A stretch of 64,000 nucleotides of DNA from Gammaproteobacteria bacterium (GTDB lineage: Bacteria; Pseudomonadota; Gammaproteobacteria; Eutrophobiales; Eutrophobiaceae): positions 544,001 through 608,000 of the forward strand of contig CBDEUK010000002.1 in the NCBI GenBank assembly GCA_965243205.1, read 5' to 3'. The notes below the pieces were generated by a model. It saw only the letters and a program-made list of their open reading frames with translations, did not search any database and was not told where the DNA came from. Position 1 is the stretch's first letter. The number at the start of each line of letters is the position of its first letter. The position numbers and the translations under genes are program-made. Below, one piece after another: positions 22,532-32,855 of this stretch.

Positions 22532-25201
22532 ATGTCAGCGATACCCGATTTGAATGACTTAGATGAAGAAATTTTTGATGAACAACGTTTTATTAATGAA
22601 TTAAAAACATCTAAGTCTGATATTACCGTCTATAAAAAATTCCTAAATTCTGGGTTAGAAAAACTCAAACAAGGTTTCTTTGATGGTTGGAATAGTCGTG
22701 CCCTAGTTAACAAACAAGCAAAGCTAGTCGATCGCTTACTGTCTCATGCTTGGCAAAGCAAAATCAGTATAGAACAAACTTCTCTTTTAGCTGTGGGCGG
22801 CTATGGTCGTGGAGAATTGTGCCCTAGTTCTGATGTCGACATTATGCTTCTTCATAAAAAGAGCTTATCCGATAATGAAAAATCACAAATAGAAAATTTC
22901 TTAGTCATGCTTTGGGATATTGGCTTAGAAGTCGGCCATAGTGTACGAACTGTAAAAGACTGTGTTGTTGAATCCAAACAAGATGTCACTGTCATTACCA
23001 ATATCATGGAATCACGCATGATTGCAGGCAATGCCGAACTTTATGATTCTATGCGCAAAGCTATTGGACCTGAAAAAATTTGGAAACCCCATAAGTTCTT
23101 CGAAGCTAAGCTTGAAGAACAACAAAACCGCCATGGTAAATATAATAATAGTGAATACAAATTAGAACCCAATGTAAAAGAAGGGCCCGGCGGCCTTCGT
23201 GATATTCAGATCATTGGTTGGGTAGCAAAACGCCATTTTGGTGTGGCTCGTTTACATCATCTTATTGAGCACGACTTCTTAACAGAAGAAGAGTACCAAA
23301 CTCTGTCTAATGGCAGAGAATTTTTATGGCGAGTTCGCTATGCCTTGCACTTAATTACTGGACGTCGTGAAGACCGCGTCATGTTTGATTATCAAGCACA
23401 AGTTGCTGAAGTATTTGGTTATCGTGGTAAAAATAATGCAGGCATAGAGCAATTTATGAAGTTGTATTATAAAACGGTTTTTGAAGTTGCTCGTTTAAAT
23501 GAAATGCTATTACAACATTTCGAAGAAGATATTCTGTTTATTAGAAAAAAAGAAAAAAATATTTCTCTCAATAATCGTTTTCAAATCCGTAATGATTATA
23601 TAGAAGCCAAAAGTAAAAATGTTTTTAAAAAACGTCCAGGTGCTTTATTAGAAATTTTTTTACTCATTCAACAAAATCCTAAAATAAAAGGCGTTAGGGC
23701 CAGTACTATTCGATTAATTCGACATCATCTTGAATTAATCGATGATGATTTTCGTAATGATATCCGTAATAAAAGTTTATTTATGGAAATTATGCAACAG
23801 CAACGTTCTATTGGTCATGAATTACGACGCATGCATCGTTATGGTGTTTTAGGGCGATACTTACCTGCATTCGGAAAAATTGAAGGCTTAATGCAATTTG
23901 ACTTGTTTCATATATATACCGTAGCGGAACATACACTGTTTGTCGTTCGTAATTTACGCTTAGCGACACTTGAAGAAACCAGTGAGAACTTTCCTTTATG
24001 TTATGAATTGATGCAAAAAATTCCTAAGCCTCAACTATTATATCTAGCAGGTTTATTTCATGATATCGCAAAAGGTCGTAAAGGCGATCATTCCGATCTA
24101 GGTGCAGTAGATGCTTATGATTTTTGTATTGACCATGGTTTGAGTGAATTCGATTCAAAATTGGTTTCCTGGTTAGTGCAACATCATTTAACCATGTCAC
24201 GTACATCTCAACGTGAAGATATCGATGATCCTGAAGTTATTCATCGTTTTTCTAAAATCGTTGGTAATAGAGAACGGCTAAATTATCTCTATCTTTTAAC
24301 AGTTGCCGATCTCAATGGTACTAACCCTGAATTATGGAACAGTTGGAAAGATTCATTACTGAGAAAATTACACAACAGCACGCAACGTGTATTACGACGA
24401 GGTATTGAGGAAACCGTTGATCAAGATTTACAAATCAAAGAAATCAAAACTGCTGTAAAAAGTTTATTAAGATCAAGAGTTATCGAATCGACGGACATCA
24501 ATTCTATTTGGGATAACTTTGCAGATGATTTCTTTCTTCGTCATAGTCCAGATGAAATCGCTTGGCGAACAGAAAAAATAGCCGCTCATAAAAACTTTCA
24601 AGAGCCTTTAGTCGTAGCTCGAAGTAAAACCGAGCGTGGTGGCAGTGAAATTTTCATTTATATGGCTGACCAAGATAATATCTTTGCTACTAGCGCCAGA
24701 GTTATGAAACAACTTGGTTTAACTATTCTTGATGCAAGAATTATTACATCTAAACATGGCTTTACTATTGATAGTTATATTGTTCTTGAACGTGACGGTA
24801 ATTTTATAGGTAATAAAACCAGTAAAAAAGAAATCACCGATACGTTAAAAAATGCGTTAAAAAATCTTGACGTTGTTACTGCTAAAGTTTCCAGATTAAA
24901 TGAGAGAAATTTAAAACCGTTTAAACGCTCGACAAACATTAGTTTTTCAAAAGATCAAACTCGAGACTGGACAATCATGGAAGTGACTACGATGGACTAT
25001 CCTGGCCTTTTAGCTTCAATAGGGATTGGATTACAGCATTGTGGTGTCAGCTTGCATGGAGCAAAGATTGCAACTCATGGCGAATTAGCTGAGGATATTT
25101 TTTATATTACTTATAATGGAAAACCTGTTGATAATGATCAAATAAAGCTAGATTGTTTAACAAACTCCATTACGGAAAGCATTGAAAAATATCAAGCATA
25201 A
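22532..25201 (+). CDS. glnD: [Protein-PII] uridylyltransferase / uridylyl-removing enzyme
   Basis: AVGGYGRGELCPSSDVD, EPNVKEGPGGLRD, HD domain (FHDIAKG), two ACT domains. Confidence 0.97.
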   Translation: MSAIPDLNDLDEEIFDEQRFINELKTSKSDITVYKKFLNSGLEKLKQGFFDGWNSRALVNKQAKLVDRLLSHAWQSKISIEQTSLLAVGGYGRGELCPSSDVDIMLLHKKSLSDNEKSQIENFLVMLWDIGLEVGHSVRTVKDCVVESKQDVTVITNIMESRMIAGNAELYDSMRKAIGPEKIWKPHKFFEAKLEEQQNRHGKYNNSEYKLEPNVKEGPGGLRDIQIIGWVAKRHFGVARLHHLIEHDFLTEEEYQTLSNGREFLWRVRYALHLITGRREDRVMFDYQAQVAEVFGYRGKNNAGIEQFMKLYYKTVFEVARLNEMLLQHFEEDILFIRKKEKNISLNNRFQIRNDYIEAKSKNVFKKRPGALLEIFLLIQQNPKIKGVRASTIRLIRHHLELIDDDFRNDIRNKSLFMEIMQQQRSIGHELRRMHRYGVLGRYLPAFGKIEGLMQFDLFHIYTVAEHTLFVVRNLRLATLEETSENFPLCYELMQKIPKPQLLYLAGLFHDIAKGRKGDHSDLGAVDAYDFCIDHGLSEFDSKLVSWLVQHHLTMSRTSQREDIDDPEVIHRFSKIVGNRERLNYLYLLTVADLNGTNPELWNSWKDSLLRKLHNSTQRVLRRGIEETVDQDLQIKEIKTAVKSLLRSRVIESTDINSIWDNFADDFFLRHSPDEIAWRTEKIAAHKNFQEPLVVARSKTERGGSEIFIYMADQDNIFATSARVMKQLGLTILDARIITSKHGFTIDSYIVLERDGNFIGNKTSKKEITDTLKNALKNLDVVTAKVSRLNERNLKPFKRSTNISFSKDQTRDWTIMEVTTMDYPGLLASIGIGLQHCGVSLHGAKIATHGELAEDIFYITYNGKPVDNDQIKLDCLTNSITESIEKYQA

Positions 25202-25207
25202 TTGCTC

Positions 25208-25888
25208 ATGTTAGTTTCTCATCCTCCACAAAGTGAAACTGAATTGCTAACAAGAGCAGAATCGTTAGCCGGTATAAAATTACAAGATATTGCAAAGCAA
25301 TTACAAATACCGGTACCAGATAATTTAAATCGTATCAAAGGTTGGGTTGGTGAGTTATTAGAGTCTGCACTAGGAGCAACTGCATCGACTTTACCAGAAC
25401 CAGACTTTCAATCATTAGGTATTGAACTAAAAACCATCCCAGTTAAAAATAATGGGCATCCTAAAGAATCAACTTTTGTTTGTACCGTTAATCTTCTCGA
25501 AGCTCATAAATCAGATTGGCAAAACTCAATCGTAAAAAAAAAATTACATCGTGTTTTATGGATACCTATAGAAGCTAACTCTGAAATTAAATTAAAAGAT
25601 CGTCGAATTGGCCAAGCTTTACTTTGGAGCCCAACCGAACAACAAGAATCCATTCTTAAAAGCGATTGGGAAGAGATCATGGAATTAATTAGCTTGGGTC
25701 AACTTGATACAATCAGCACTTCTATTGGACAATATTTACAAATACGACCAAAAGCGGCGAATGCAAAATCTTTATGCGATGCCTTTGATAAAGAAGGCAA
25801 TAAAATTAAAACATTACCTCGTGGTTTTTATTTACGCAGTCTATTTACACAACAAATATTACAACAACATTTTCATTCCATAGCCTAG
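25208..25888 (+). CDS. mutH: DNA mismatch repair endonuclease MutH
   Basis: KGWVGELLE, PEPDF, ELKTIP, ETFVC-like ESTFVC, LQIRPKAAN, PRGFYLR. Confidence 0.93.
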   Translation: MLVSHPPQSETELLTRAESLAGIKLQDIAKQLQIPVPDNLNRIKGWVGELLESALGATASTLPEPDFQSLGIELKTIPVKNNGHPKESTFVCTVNLLEAHKSDWQNSIVKKKLHRVLWIPIEANSEIKLKDRRIGQALLWSPTEQQESILKSDWEEIMELISLGQLDTISTSIGQYLQIRPKAANAKSLCDAFDKEGNKIKTLPRGFYLRSLFTQQILQQHFHSIA

Positions 25889-25895
25889 TCGTAAC

Positions 25896-26903
25896 ATGAA
25901 TATCGCTCAAGATTCTCATCAACTATCTTTAGCTCCTATGATGGATCGTACCGATAGACATTTTCGGTATTTCATTCGTTTAATTTCATCGAATATCCTG
26001 CTGTATACAGAAATGATAACGACAGGTGCTTTGATCCATGGCGATCGAAAGAAATATTTAAAATACGATCCAATTGAGCACCCAGTTGTTTTACAACTAG
26101 GCGGTTCAAATCCAAAAGATTTATCGAGCTGCTCAAAAATGATCGAAGATGAAGGTTATGATGAGATCAATCTAAATGTTGGCTGCCCTAGTGAACGAGT
26201 TCAAGCAAATAAGTTTGGTGCTTGTTTAATGTTTGAACCTAATTTGGTAGCAGAATGTATTCATGAAATGCAATCTTCTGTTTCCATACCCGTCACCGTT
26301 AAATGCCGCACAGGTGTTGATGATAAAGATCATTATGATGATTTATATCAGTTTATTGAAACCGTCAATAAAGCTTCATGTGATACTTTCATTATTCATG
26401 CTCGTAAAGCTTGGTTATCAGGATTAAGTCCGAAAGAAAATCGTGAAGTACCACCACTAAATTATCAAACTGTACATCAAATAAAACAGGACTTTCCAAA
26501 TCTGAATATTGAAATCAATGGTGGTTTTACAGAACTTAATGAAGTAGTAGAACAATTACAACATGTTGATGGAGTAATGATAGGCAGAGCGCTTTATCAT
26601 AACCCTTACTTATTAGCTGAAGCGGATCAATTGATTTATAAAACTGAGTCCAAACTTAAGAGTCGAAATCAAATTATGGAACAGATGTTAAGTTATATTG
26701 AAAAAGAATTAATGGTTGGAACAAAACTCAGTAATATCACTCGGCATATTTTGGGTTTGTATCATAACCAACCGCATTCAAGATTATTTAGGCGTCACTT
26801 AGCTGAAAACGCTTACCGGGATGATGCTGATACCGCCGTTCTTAAAACGGCACTAGGATTTGTCGAAACTGTAGAACCTGCTGAAGCTTTAGTCAGAATT
26901 TGA
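25896..26903 (+). CDS. dusA: tRNA-dihydrouridine synthase A
   Basis: APMMDRTDRHFRY, NLNVGCPSERV, HARKAWL.GLSPKENRE.PPL. Confidence 0.95.
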   Translation: MNIAQDSHQLSLAPMMDRTDRHFRYFIRLISSNILLYTEMITTGALIHGDRKKYLKYDPIEHPVVLQLGGSNPKDLSSCSKMIEDEGYDEINLNVGCPSERVQANKFGACLMFEPNLVAECIHEMQSSVSIPVTVKCRTGVDDKDHYDDLYQFIETVNKASCDTFIIHARKAWLSGLSPKENREVPPLNYQTVHQIKQDFPNLNIEINGGFTELNEVVEQLQHVDGVMIGRALYHNPYLLAEADQLIYKTESKLKSRNQIMEQMLSYIEKELMVGTKLSNITRHILGLYHNQPHSRLFRRHLAENAYRDDADTAVLKTALGFVETVEPAEALVRI

Positions 26904-27220
26904 GCAATTTCATTTTTCATGGTTTTTGGCGACTGAGAATAAGCCTCAAACAATCGTGTTAAATTTTTACATAAAGACGATAATTGATTTGGGTCTTCAA
27001 GAATCTCTGTCTGTCCTGACAAAATTTCAGATAACGCAAAAATAACCGCAGGTGTGGTATTTAATTGGTCGGCCAAGCGTTTAAGCTGTAATGGACCAAA
27101 TCCCGCACCGCGTTCAATTTTAGAAATATTACCGCGATTAATGCCTGTTAATCGCTCAAGTTCACGTATACCAATCCCTTTAGAATTGCGTAACTGACGA
27201 ATAATCTTACCAATAATCAT
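26813..27220 (-). CDS. XRE/Cro-CI family HTH transcriptional regulator
   Basis: IGKIIRQLRNSKGIGIRELERLTGINRGNISKIERG; ATG 27220 after a GGAG SD. Confidence 0.85.
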   Translation of the reverse strand: MIIGKIIRQLRNSKGIGIRELERLTGINRGNISKIERGAGFGPLQLKRLADQLNTTPAVIFALSEILSGQTEILEDPNQLSSLCKNLTRLFEAYSQSPKTMKNEIAQILTKASAGSTVSTNPSAVLRTAVSASSR

Positions 27221-27289
27221 ATAATTAACTCCCTTCTCTTTTCCCAAATAGCGGCTAAAACCAAGCTAATATCAATGTGATTGTTACTG

Positions 27290-27316
27290 ATATCGACATT
27301 TTTCATATTTACTTAA
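27290..27316 (-). promoter_or_regulatory. Putative sigma28 (FliA) promoter of the XRE gene
   Basis: TTAA-N15-GTCGATAT versus consensus TAAA-N15-GCCGATAA. Confidence 0.5.
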
Positions 27317-27420
27317 TATTTTTTTGACAGGATTCAATCAGATACCCCTTGGACACAACTATGAACTATGGGAAGATGCGCGACTCTCAAACAGCGACGT
27401 TATTTAACATGAGGTTTCCA

Positions 27421-28086
27421 ATGAAATATTTTTTACTTTTCTTATCAACTAGCTTCGTCATGGCAGGCGCTTCAGCTGAAGTCACTCTAGATACCGAACA
27501 AAAAAAATTCAGCTATACCGTTGGTATTCAGATTGGTAGTAATTTAAAACAAGGCGATGAAATCGACCTTGATGCACTCAATGCTGCAATCAAAGATGCT
27601 TATACAGGCAATAAATACCAGCTTACGGTTGAAGAAATGCAAGCCGTTATGGGCAAATACCAAGAAAAACAATTTGCTCAACGAATCGAACAATCTACTG
27701 ATAATAAAAAAGCAGGTGATGCATTTTTAGAAGCTAATAAAGCCAAAGAAGGCGTTTCCGTTACTGACAGTGGCTTACAATATAAAATCATTAAAGCTAG
27801 TGATGGGAAAAAGCCAACTGCGAGTGATAGTGTGAAAGTTCATTATCATGGCACCTTAATTGACGGTACTGTCTTCGATAGCTCTGTTGAACGCGGAGAA
27901 CCTATCGTATTTGGTGTTGGTCAAGTTATCAAAGGCTGGCAAGAAGCATTACAATTAATGCCTGTCGGATCAAAATGGCAGATTTATGTACCATCGGAGC
28001 TTGCTTATGGCGAACGAGGTGCTGGTGCTAAAATCGGACCTAATGCAACATTAATCTTTGATGTTGAATTACTTGGAATTGAATAA
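27421..28086 (+). CDS. FKBP-type peptidyl-prolyl isomerase (FkpA/Mip family)
   Basis: Signal peptide, SGLQYKII, VHYHGTLIDGTVFDSS, VIKGWQEAL, ELAYG; ATG 27421 after GAGG. Confidence 0.93.
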   Translation: MKYFLLFLSTSFVMAGASAEVTLDTEQKKFSYTVGIQIGSNLKQGDEIDLDALNAAIKDAYTGNKYQLTVEEMQAVMGKYQEKQFAQRIEQSTDNKKAGDAFLEANKAKEGVSVTDSGLQYKIIKASDGKKPTASDSVKVHYHGTLIDGTVFDSSVERGEPIVFGVGQVIKGWQEALQLMPVGSKWQIYVPSELAYGERGAGAKIGPNATLIFDVELLGIE

Positions 28087-28092
28087 TCAGTA

Positions 28093-29067
28093 TTAATTTT
28101 TCTGACACATAGCAACCGATAGTTCATCGGTTGCTATGTAATTAGGATAATTTAAACAAATTTTATTAATAACTCCTTCAACGGCGTTAGCAACTAATTC
28201 AGGTTGCTCCGCATAGACTAAATGTCCACTATCTTCTGCAATGACTTGGGATGAATCTGTACTCAAATCCAATAACTCTTTCTGTAACTGCTTCCATATT
28301 TTTTCTTGTTGATCTCCATAAGGTGTATCTGGCCACACACGCTTTGCACGAGTAACAATCACTAAAGGTACATCCAATTGTCTTTTCACTTGACTCACTT
28401 GTACCCCACTCTGAGTAAAATTTAAAAACTCACGTTGTTGAGTACGTATCGATTTATCAGAAGATAAGAATTGGCCCGCTTGAATGCGATAGGGCTCAGG
28501 GTAGTTTCTCAATATCCTCGGATCAAACATAGTAGTTAAACGTTGTCTGCTTTGACTTTTTGCCGCTTTTAGAGGGATATCAGGCAAACGACTAAATTGC
28601 TCTGGATGCGATGATTCAACTAACACTAATCCTGCAACCAATTTTGGATATAATTTACTAAAATATTGGACATTAAAGCCTCCGAACGAATGCCCCACCA
28701 ATACATAAGGCGGTGCTAAATCGGCCTTCATTAACAGCTCATGGAATTCGTCGACAATTTGCTCTGTCACACGAGGTGATGGTCCTTCATCACTCCAACC
28801 ATAGCCTGCTCTATCATAGGTGCAAATAGTCGACACATCCTTTAATTTATATTGGACTTTGAGCCAATCCATTGAGAAACCACCAAGACCTGAATCAAAA
28901 ATAACAACTGGCCGCCCTTTTCCTTCACAATTGATATGTAATTGATATCCATCAATATCGACCATTTTGCCAAATGGCGTAATTTCTTCAAATTCTTGTG
29001 CCAACAATCCATCTATGAAAAGAATTAAAGAAAAAATGACCAATAATTTAATACGTCTCAAATTCAT
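28093..29067 (-). CDS. Exported alpha/beta hydrolase
   Basis: YDRAGYGWS, GHSFGG nucleophile elbow, SGH. Confidence 0.88.
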   Translation of the reverse strand: MNLRRIKLLVIFSLILFIDGLLAQEFEEITPFGKMVDIDGYQLHINCEGKGRPVVIFDSGLGGFSMDWLKVQYKLKDVSTICTYDRAGYGWSDEGPSPRVTEQIVDEFHELLMKADLAPPYVLVGHSFGGFNVQYFSKLYPKLVAGLVLVESSHPEQFSRLPDIPLKAAKSQSRQRLTTMFDPRILRNYPEPYRIQAGQFLSSDKSIRTQQREFLNFTQSGVQVSQVKRQLDVPLVIVTRAKRVWPDTPYGDQQEKIWKQLQKELLDLSTDSSQVIAEDSGHLVYAEQPELVANAVEGVINKICLNYPNYIATDELSVAMCQKN

Positions 29068-29082
29068 TTTTATAAAGTATTG

Positions 29083-30399
29083 TTATTTTTCGTAAACAAC
29101 TCGCCAAATTCTGCCTTGAACTGAATCAGATATATACAAAGAACCATCTTCGCCGACAGCTAATCCCGTTGGGCGATATTCTGCATCCTGTGGCGATCCG
29201 ATAGGAGTATCTCCAATAAAACCATCTGCAAATACACTCCAATCCTTTGACAAACCTTCTTCGCCTTTCGGAACAAATACTACTTGATAGCCAACTTGTT
29301 CAGTTGCATCCATTAAGTATGAACCGTGAAAAGCAATAAATACTCCGCCTTGATAGTTTTCTGGAAATTGAGTGCCGTCATAGACTACTAAATCGTTTGG
29401 ACCATAATGGCCAGGAAATGCAATCACCGGTTTCGGGAACTCAGAACATTGTTCAACTTTTTTTCCATCCCCTTTGTATTCTGGTGCTAAAACATAAGTA
29501 TCATTAAACTGATCAAAATAACAATAAGGCCATGCATAGACCTCATTCGGATTTACTTCGATTAACTCTTCAGCCGGTAAACGTTCTTCATCTATTTCAC
29601 TAAAATGTTCTGGCCAAAGCTCATGCAAATGATCACGACCGTGTTGAGCGATGAATAGTTTATTTAATTCTTTATGCCAATCGATGGCGTAAGCATTTCG
29701 AATACCCGATGCATACCTTTCTGCATTTTCAAATGTTTGGTGGGTTTTCTTTGCATCAAACTTCCAAATACCAGCAAGTCGCTCAAGCTCATGACAAGGA
29801 TTTGGAGAAAATTCACCGGCTTTACGATCATTGACCTGACAAGCATTGCTATTTGAGCCAATATTTATATACATATTCCCAATTCCATCAAATGTGAAAG
29901 GCTTACCTGAATGCTGCTGCTGTTTAGGTAAACCACTCATGACTATTTCAGCTGGCATTATTGGCATAACCTTATTGGGGTCTAAGGAATACCGAATGAC
30001 CTCAGTATCAGACGCGAAATACAGATAATCTTCATATAAACCTATACCCATTCCAGGCGCTTCGCCCATTCTTGTTACTTCATCTAAAAAATAATCGTCA
30101 TTAGAATCGGACAAAACCAATATACCGCCTATATTTAGACTACGATTACGTAAACTGGCGTAAATTTGCCCGGCATCACGAACCGCAATATGACGCACTA
30201 TTCCAAGGTTATCCGCAATAACCTTAGCGCAAAACCCTTTCGGCAACGTCAAACCACCATTGTCATGGTCACATTGAAATTTTTTATTCAGAATATCGGT
30301 ATTTTCGTGATGGGTATCACATGAAATTAACGTTGATAAAGCAATGAACAAACCAGGAATTAATGTAATAACATTCTTCTTCATTTTTAGTATTGTCAT
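29083..30399 (-). CDS. PQQ-dependent sugar/sorbosone dehydrogenase family beta-propeller (probable lipoprotein)
   Basis: LISC lipobox-like, GIRNA, WPYCY, FIAFHGS, RPTGLAVGEDGSLYISD...GRIWRV. Confidence 0.85.
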   Translation of the reverse strand: MTILKMKKNVITLIPGLFIALSTLISCDTHHENTDILNKKFQCDHDNGGLTLPKGFCAKVIADNLGIVRHIAVRDAGQIYASLRNRSLNIGGILVLSDSNDDYFLDEVTRMGEAPGMGIGLYEDYLYFASDTEVIRYSLDPNKVMPIMPAEIVMSGLPKQQQHSGKPFTFDGIGNMYINIGSNSNACQVNDRKAGEFSPNPCHELERLAGIWKFDAKKTHQTFENAERYASGIRNAYAIDWHKELNKLFIAQHGRDHLHELWPEHFSEIDEERLPAEELIEVNPNEVYAWPYCYFDQFNDTYVLAPEYKGDGKKVEQCSEFPKPVIAFPGHYGPNDLVVYDGTQFPENYQGGVFIAFHGSYLMDATEQVGYQVVFVPKGEEGLSKDWSVFADGFIGDTPIGSPQDAEYRPTGLAVGEDGSLYISDSVQGRIWRVVYEK

Positions 30400-30455
30400 G
30401 CGGTTTATTCACACTGGCTGTAATGGTCAGTTAGACGACATTCTTGTTTATTAGT

Positions 30456-30493
30456 GAACCTATTTGAACCAAAATAGTTCAATCCTACTCAGA
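30456..30493 (+). promoter_or_regulatory. Tandem putative sigmaE/ECF promoters upstream of prc
   Basis: GAACCT-N17-TCAAT (30456-30483) and GAACCA-N17-TCAGA (30466-30493). Confidence 0.35.
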
Positions 30494-30638
30494 ATATCAA
30501 CAATAATAGTGTAATAGAACACATTTCTACGGCTAGACTTTCCTGAAAATAATCATGGAACGAGTTATACTTAGCACTGGTCTAGCAATAGATTTGATTT
30601 ATTTTGAACATAAAACAATTTTTTAGAACCATACAACA

Positions 30639-32774
30639 GTGAACATAATGCTTAAACGAATCTTTATCTTATTAGCAACCTCTATTTCTCCATTTCTTGT
30701 GAACGCTGCTATAAATTTTGTTCCAGAATCAGAATTGAACCCAACTGCATTACAAGCTGAATCCACAGAAATTATCCGACACTTATTAGAAACTTATCAT
30801 TATAAAGAACATGAGCTCAATGATGAATTATCAGCCCGAATCCTAAAAAATTATTTAGAAAGCCTGGACTCAAATCGAAGCTTTTTTCTTAAAAGTGATA
30901 TCGATACATTTACAAAAAATTATCGTTTACAGCTTGATGATTACATTGATGAACTCGACCTAACCCCCGCATATGAAATATTCAAAATTCACCGTCAACG
31001 CGTTCAGCAACGTGTAAGTTATGCTCTGGAGTTATTGAAACAAAAGCATGATTTTACTGTGGACGAAGAATTTCAATTTGACCGACGTGAAACCGAATGG
31101 CCTTCTACAATCAAGGAACTTGACGAGACTTGGCGCAAGCGTGTTAAAAACGATATTTTGAATCTACAGCTTTCTAAAAAACAAACAGAAGATATTACAG
31201 ACACCTTAGCAAAACGCTATAAGCGAATACTTGATAGTACCAATCAGTTGAACCGTAACGATATCTATCAATCATTCATAAATGCGTATACATCTGCGAT
31301 AGAGCCTCATACTGCCTATTTCTCACCACGTATTTCAGAAAATTTTGATATCAGTATGCGTTTGTCATTAGAAGGGATTGGTGCCGTGTTGCGCTCAGAA
31401 AGTGATTACACTCAAATCCAGAGAATCATCCCAGGTGGTCCTGCTGATCTAAGCGAACTACTTAAAGCTGATGACCGCATTGTTGGTGTTGGTCAAGGTA
31501 TTGATGGTGAAATTGTTGATGTCGTTGGTTGGCGTTTAGATGATGTCGTCGATCTTATCCGCGGCCCTAAAGGTACTGATTTACGTTTAGAAGTTTTACC
31601 CAATGAATCTGGATTAGAAGGTCCTGCTAAAATAATTTCTTTAAAGCGTGATGAAATTAAATTAGAGGAATCGGCCGCTAAATCGAACATTATCGATATG
31701 CCAAATAGCGATACCAAAATTGGCGTTATCGAATTAGAAAGTTTTTATGTAAATTTTGAAGCATACGCAAAAGGAGAAAAAGATTATCGCAGCACCACAC
31801 GTGATGTAAGAAAACTCCTAAAGGAATTAGAAACAGAAAATATTAGTGGGCTAGTGATTGATCTTAGGGGCAACGGTGGCGGCTCTTTAAGTGAATCGAT
31901 GAGTTTAACAGGCCTATTCATACCTGAAGGACCAGTTGTCCAAACTAAAGATTCTAATGGCCGCATTGATATCAATAAAGATCCAGATCCAGATATTGTA
32001 TATGCTGGACCACTTGCTGTATTAGTTGATCGTAATAGCGCTTCAGCCTCTGAAATATTTGCTGGAGCAATACAAGATTATAATCGAGGCATTATTATTG
32101 GCGAACCGACGTTTGGTAAAGGCACTGTACAAAATATTGTCGATCTAAATCAATATTCTAATAAAGATAAAAAGAATCATGGCAAATTAAAAACGACTAT
32201 TGCTCAATTTTTTAGAATCAGTGGTGGCAGTAATCAACATAAAGGTGTTGTTCCCGATATTATAATGCCAACAGCGATTGATTCAGACGACCATGGTGAA
32301 CGTTCATACGATAATGCTTTACCTTGGGATCAAGTAAAACCTGCAAAATTTACTGCTTCATACGCACCTACTGAACGTTTTGCTATCGCAAAACAATTAC
32401 ACGAAGAACGCGTGAAAAACGAAAAAGTATTTCAATTACTACAGCAGGAAATTGATTTAATTAAAGAGTCTTCTGAAAAGAAAACAGTAACACTAATGAA
32501 AACAAAACGTTCTGAACAACGAAGTGAATTAGAAGAAACTAAAAAAGATCTTAAAAACGAATTTCGTATAGCACAAGGCTTACCGCCGATTGATGATGAA
32601 AATGATGATGCTAAGGCAGAATCTGAAGATGAAGAAGATCCAATTGAGAGTGATGTCATACTTAAAGAAACAGCAAAAATTTTAAATGATTTAATCATTC
32701 CAATCGATCAAAATTTAAATAACATACAAACTGTTAAACAATTTGAAACCAAAGCAGCCGATCAAATAAATTAA
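30639..32774 (+). CDS. prc: Carboxy-terminal processing (tail-specific) protease
   Basis: LEGIGAVL, PDZ, DLRGNGGG, SASASEIFAGAIQDY, TFGKGTVQ. Confidence 0.95.
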   Translation: MNIMLKRIFILLATSISPFLVNAAINFVPESELNPTALQAESTEIIRHLLETYHYKEHELNDELSARILKNYLESLDSNRSFFLKSDIDTFTKNYRLQLDDYIDELDLTPAYEIFKIHRQRVQQRVSYALELLKQKHDFTVDEEFQFDRRETEWPSTIKELDETWRKRVKNDILNLQLSKKQTEDITDTLAKRYKRILDSTNQLNRNDIYQSFINAYTSAIEPHTAYFSPRISENFDISMRLSLEGIGAVLRSESDYTQIQRIIPGGPADLSELLKADDRIVGVGQGIDGEIVDVVGWRLDDVVDLIRGPKGTDLRLEVLPNESGLEGPAKIISLKRDEIKLEESAAKSNIIDMPNSDTKIGVIELESFYVNFEAYAKGEKDYRSTTRDVRKLLKELETENISGLVIDLRGNGGGSLSESMSLTGLFIPEGPVVQTKDSNGRIDINKDPDPDIVYAGPLAVLVDRNSASASEIFAGAIQDYNRGIIIGEPTFGKGTVQNIVDLNQYSNKDKKNHGKLKTTIAQFFRISGGSNQHKGVVPDIIMPTAIDSDDHGERSYDNALPWDQVKPAKFTASYAPTERFAIAKQLHEERVKNEKVFQLLQQEIDLIKESSEKKTVTLMKTKRSEQRSELEETKKDLKNEFRIAQGLPPIDDENDDAKAESEDEEDPIESDVILKETAKILNDLIIPIDQNLNNIQTVKQFETKAADQIN

Positions 32775-32855
32775 TATATCTTAATTTTTTTAATTAAATT
32801 GTTATTATTTCATATCATAATAAAACAAACTCTTATCTAATTTGGGAGAAGCACA

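Noticed and set aside
25896-26903. dusA-associated integrative element
   Set aside because: dusA is intact with a normal 5' end and there is no adjacent integrase.
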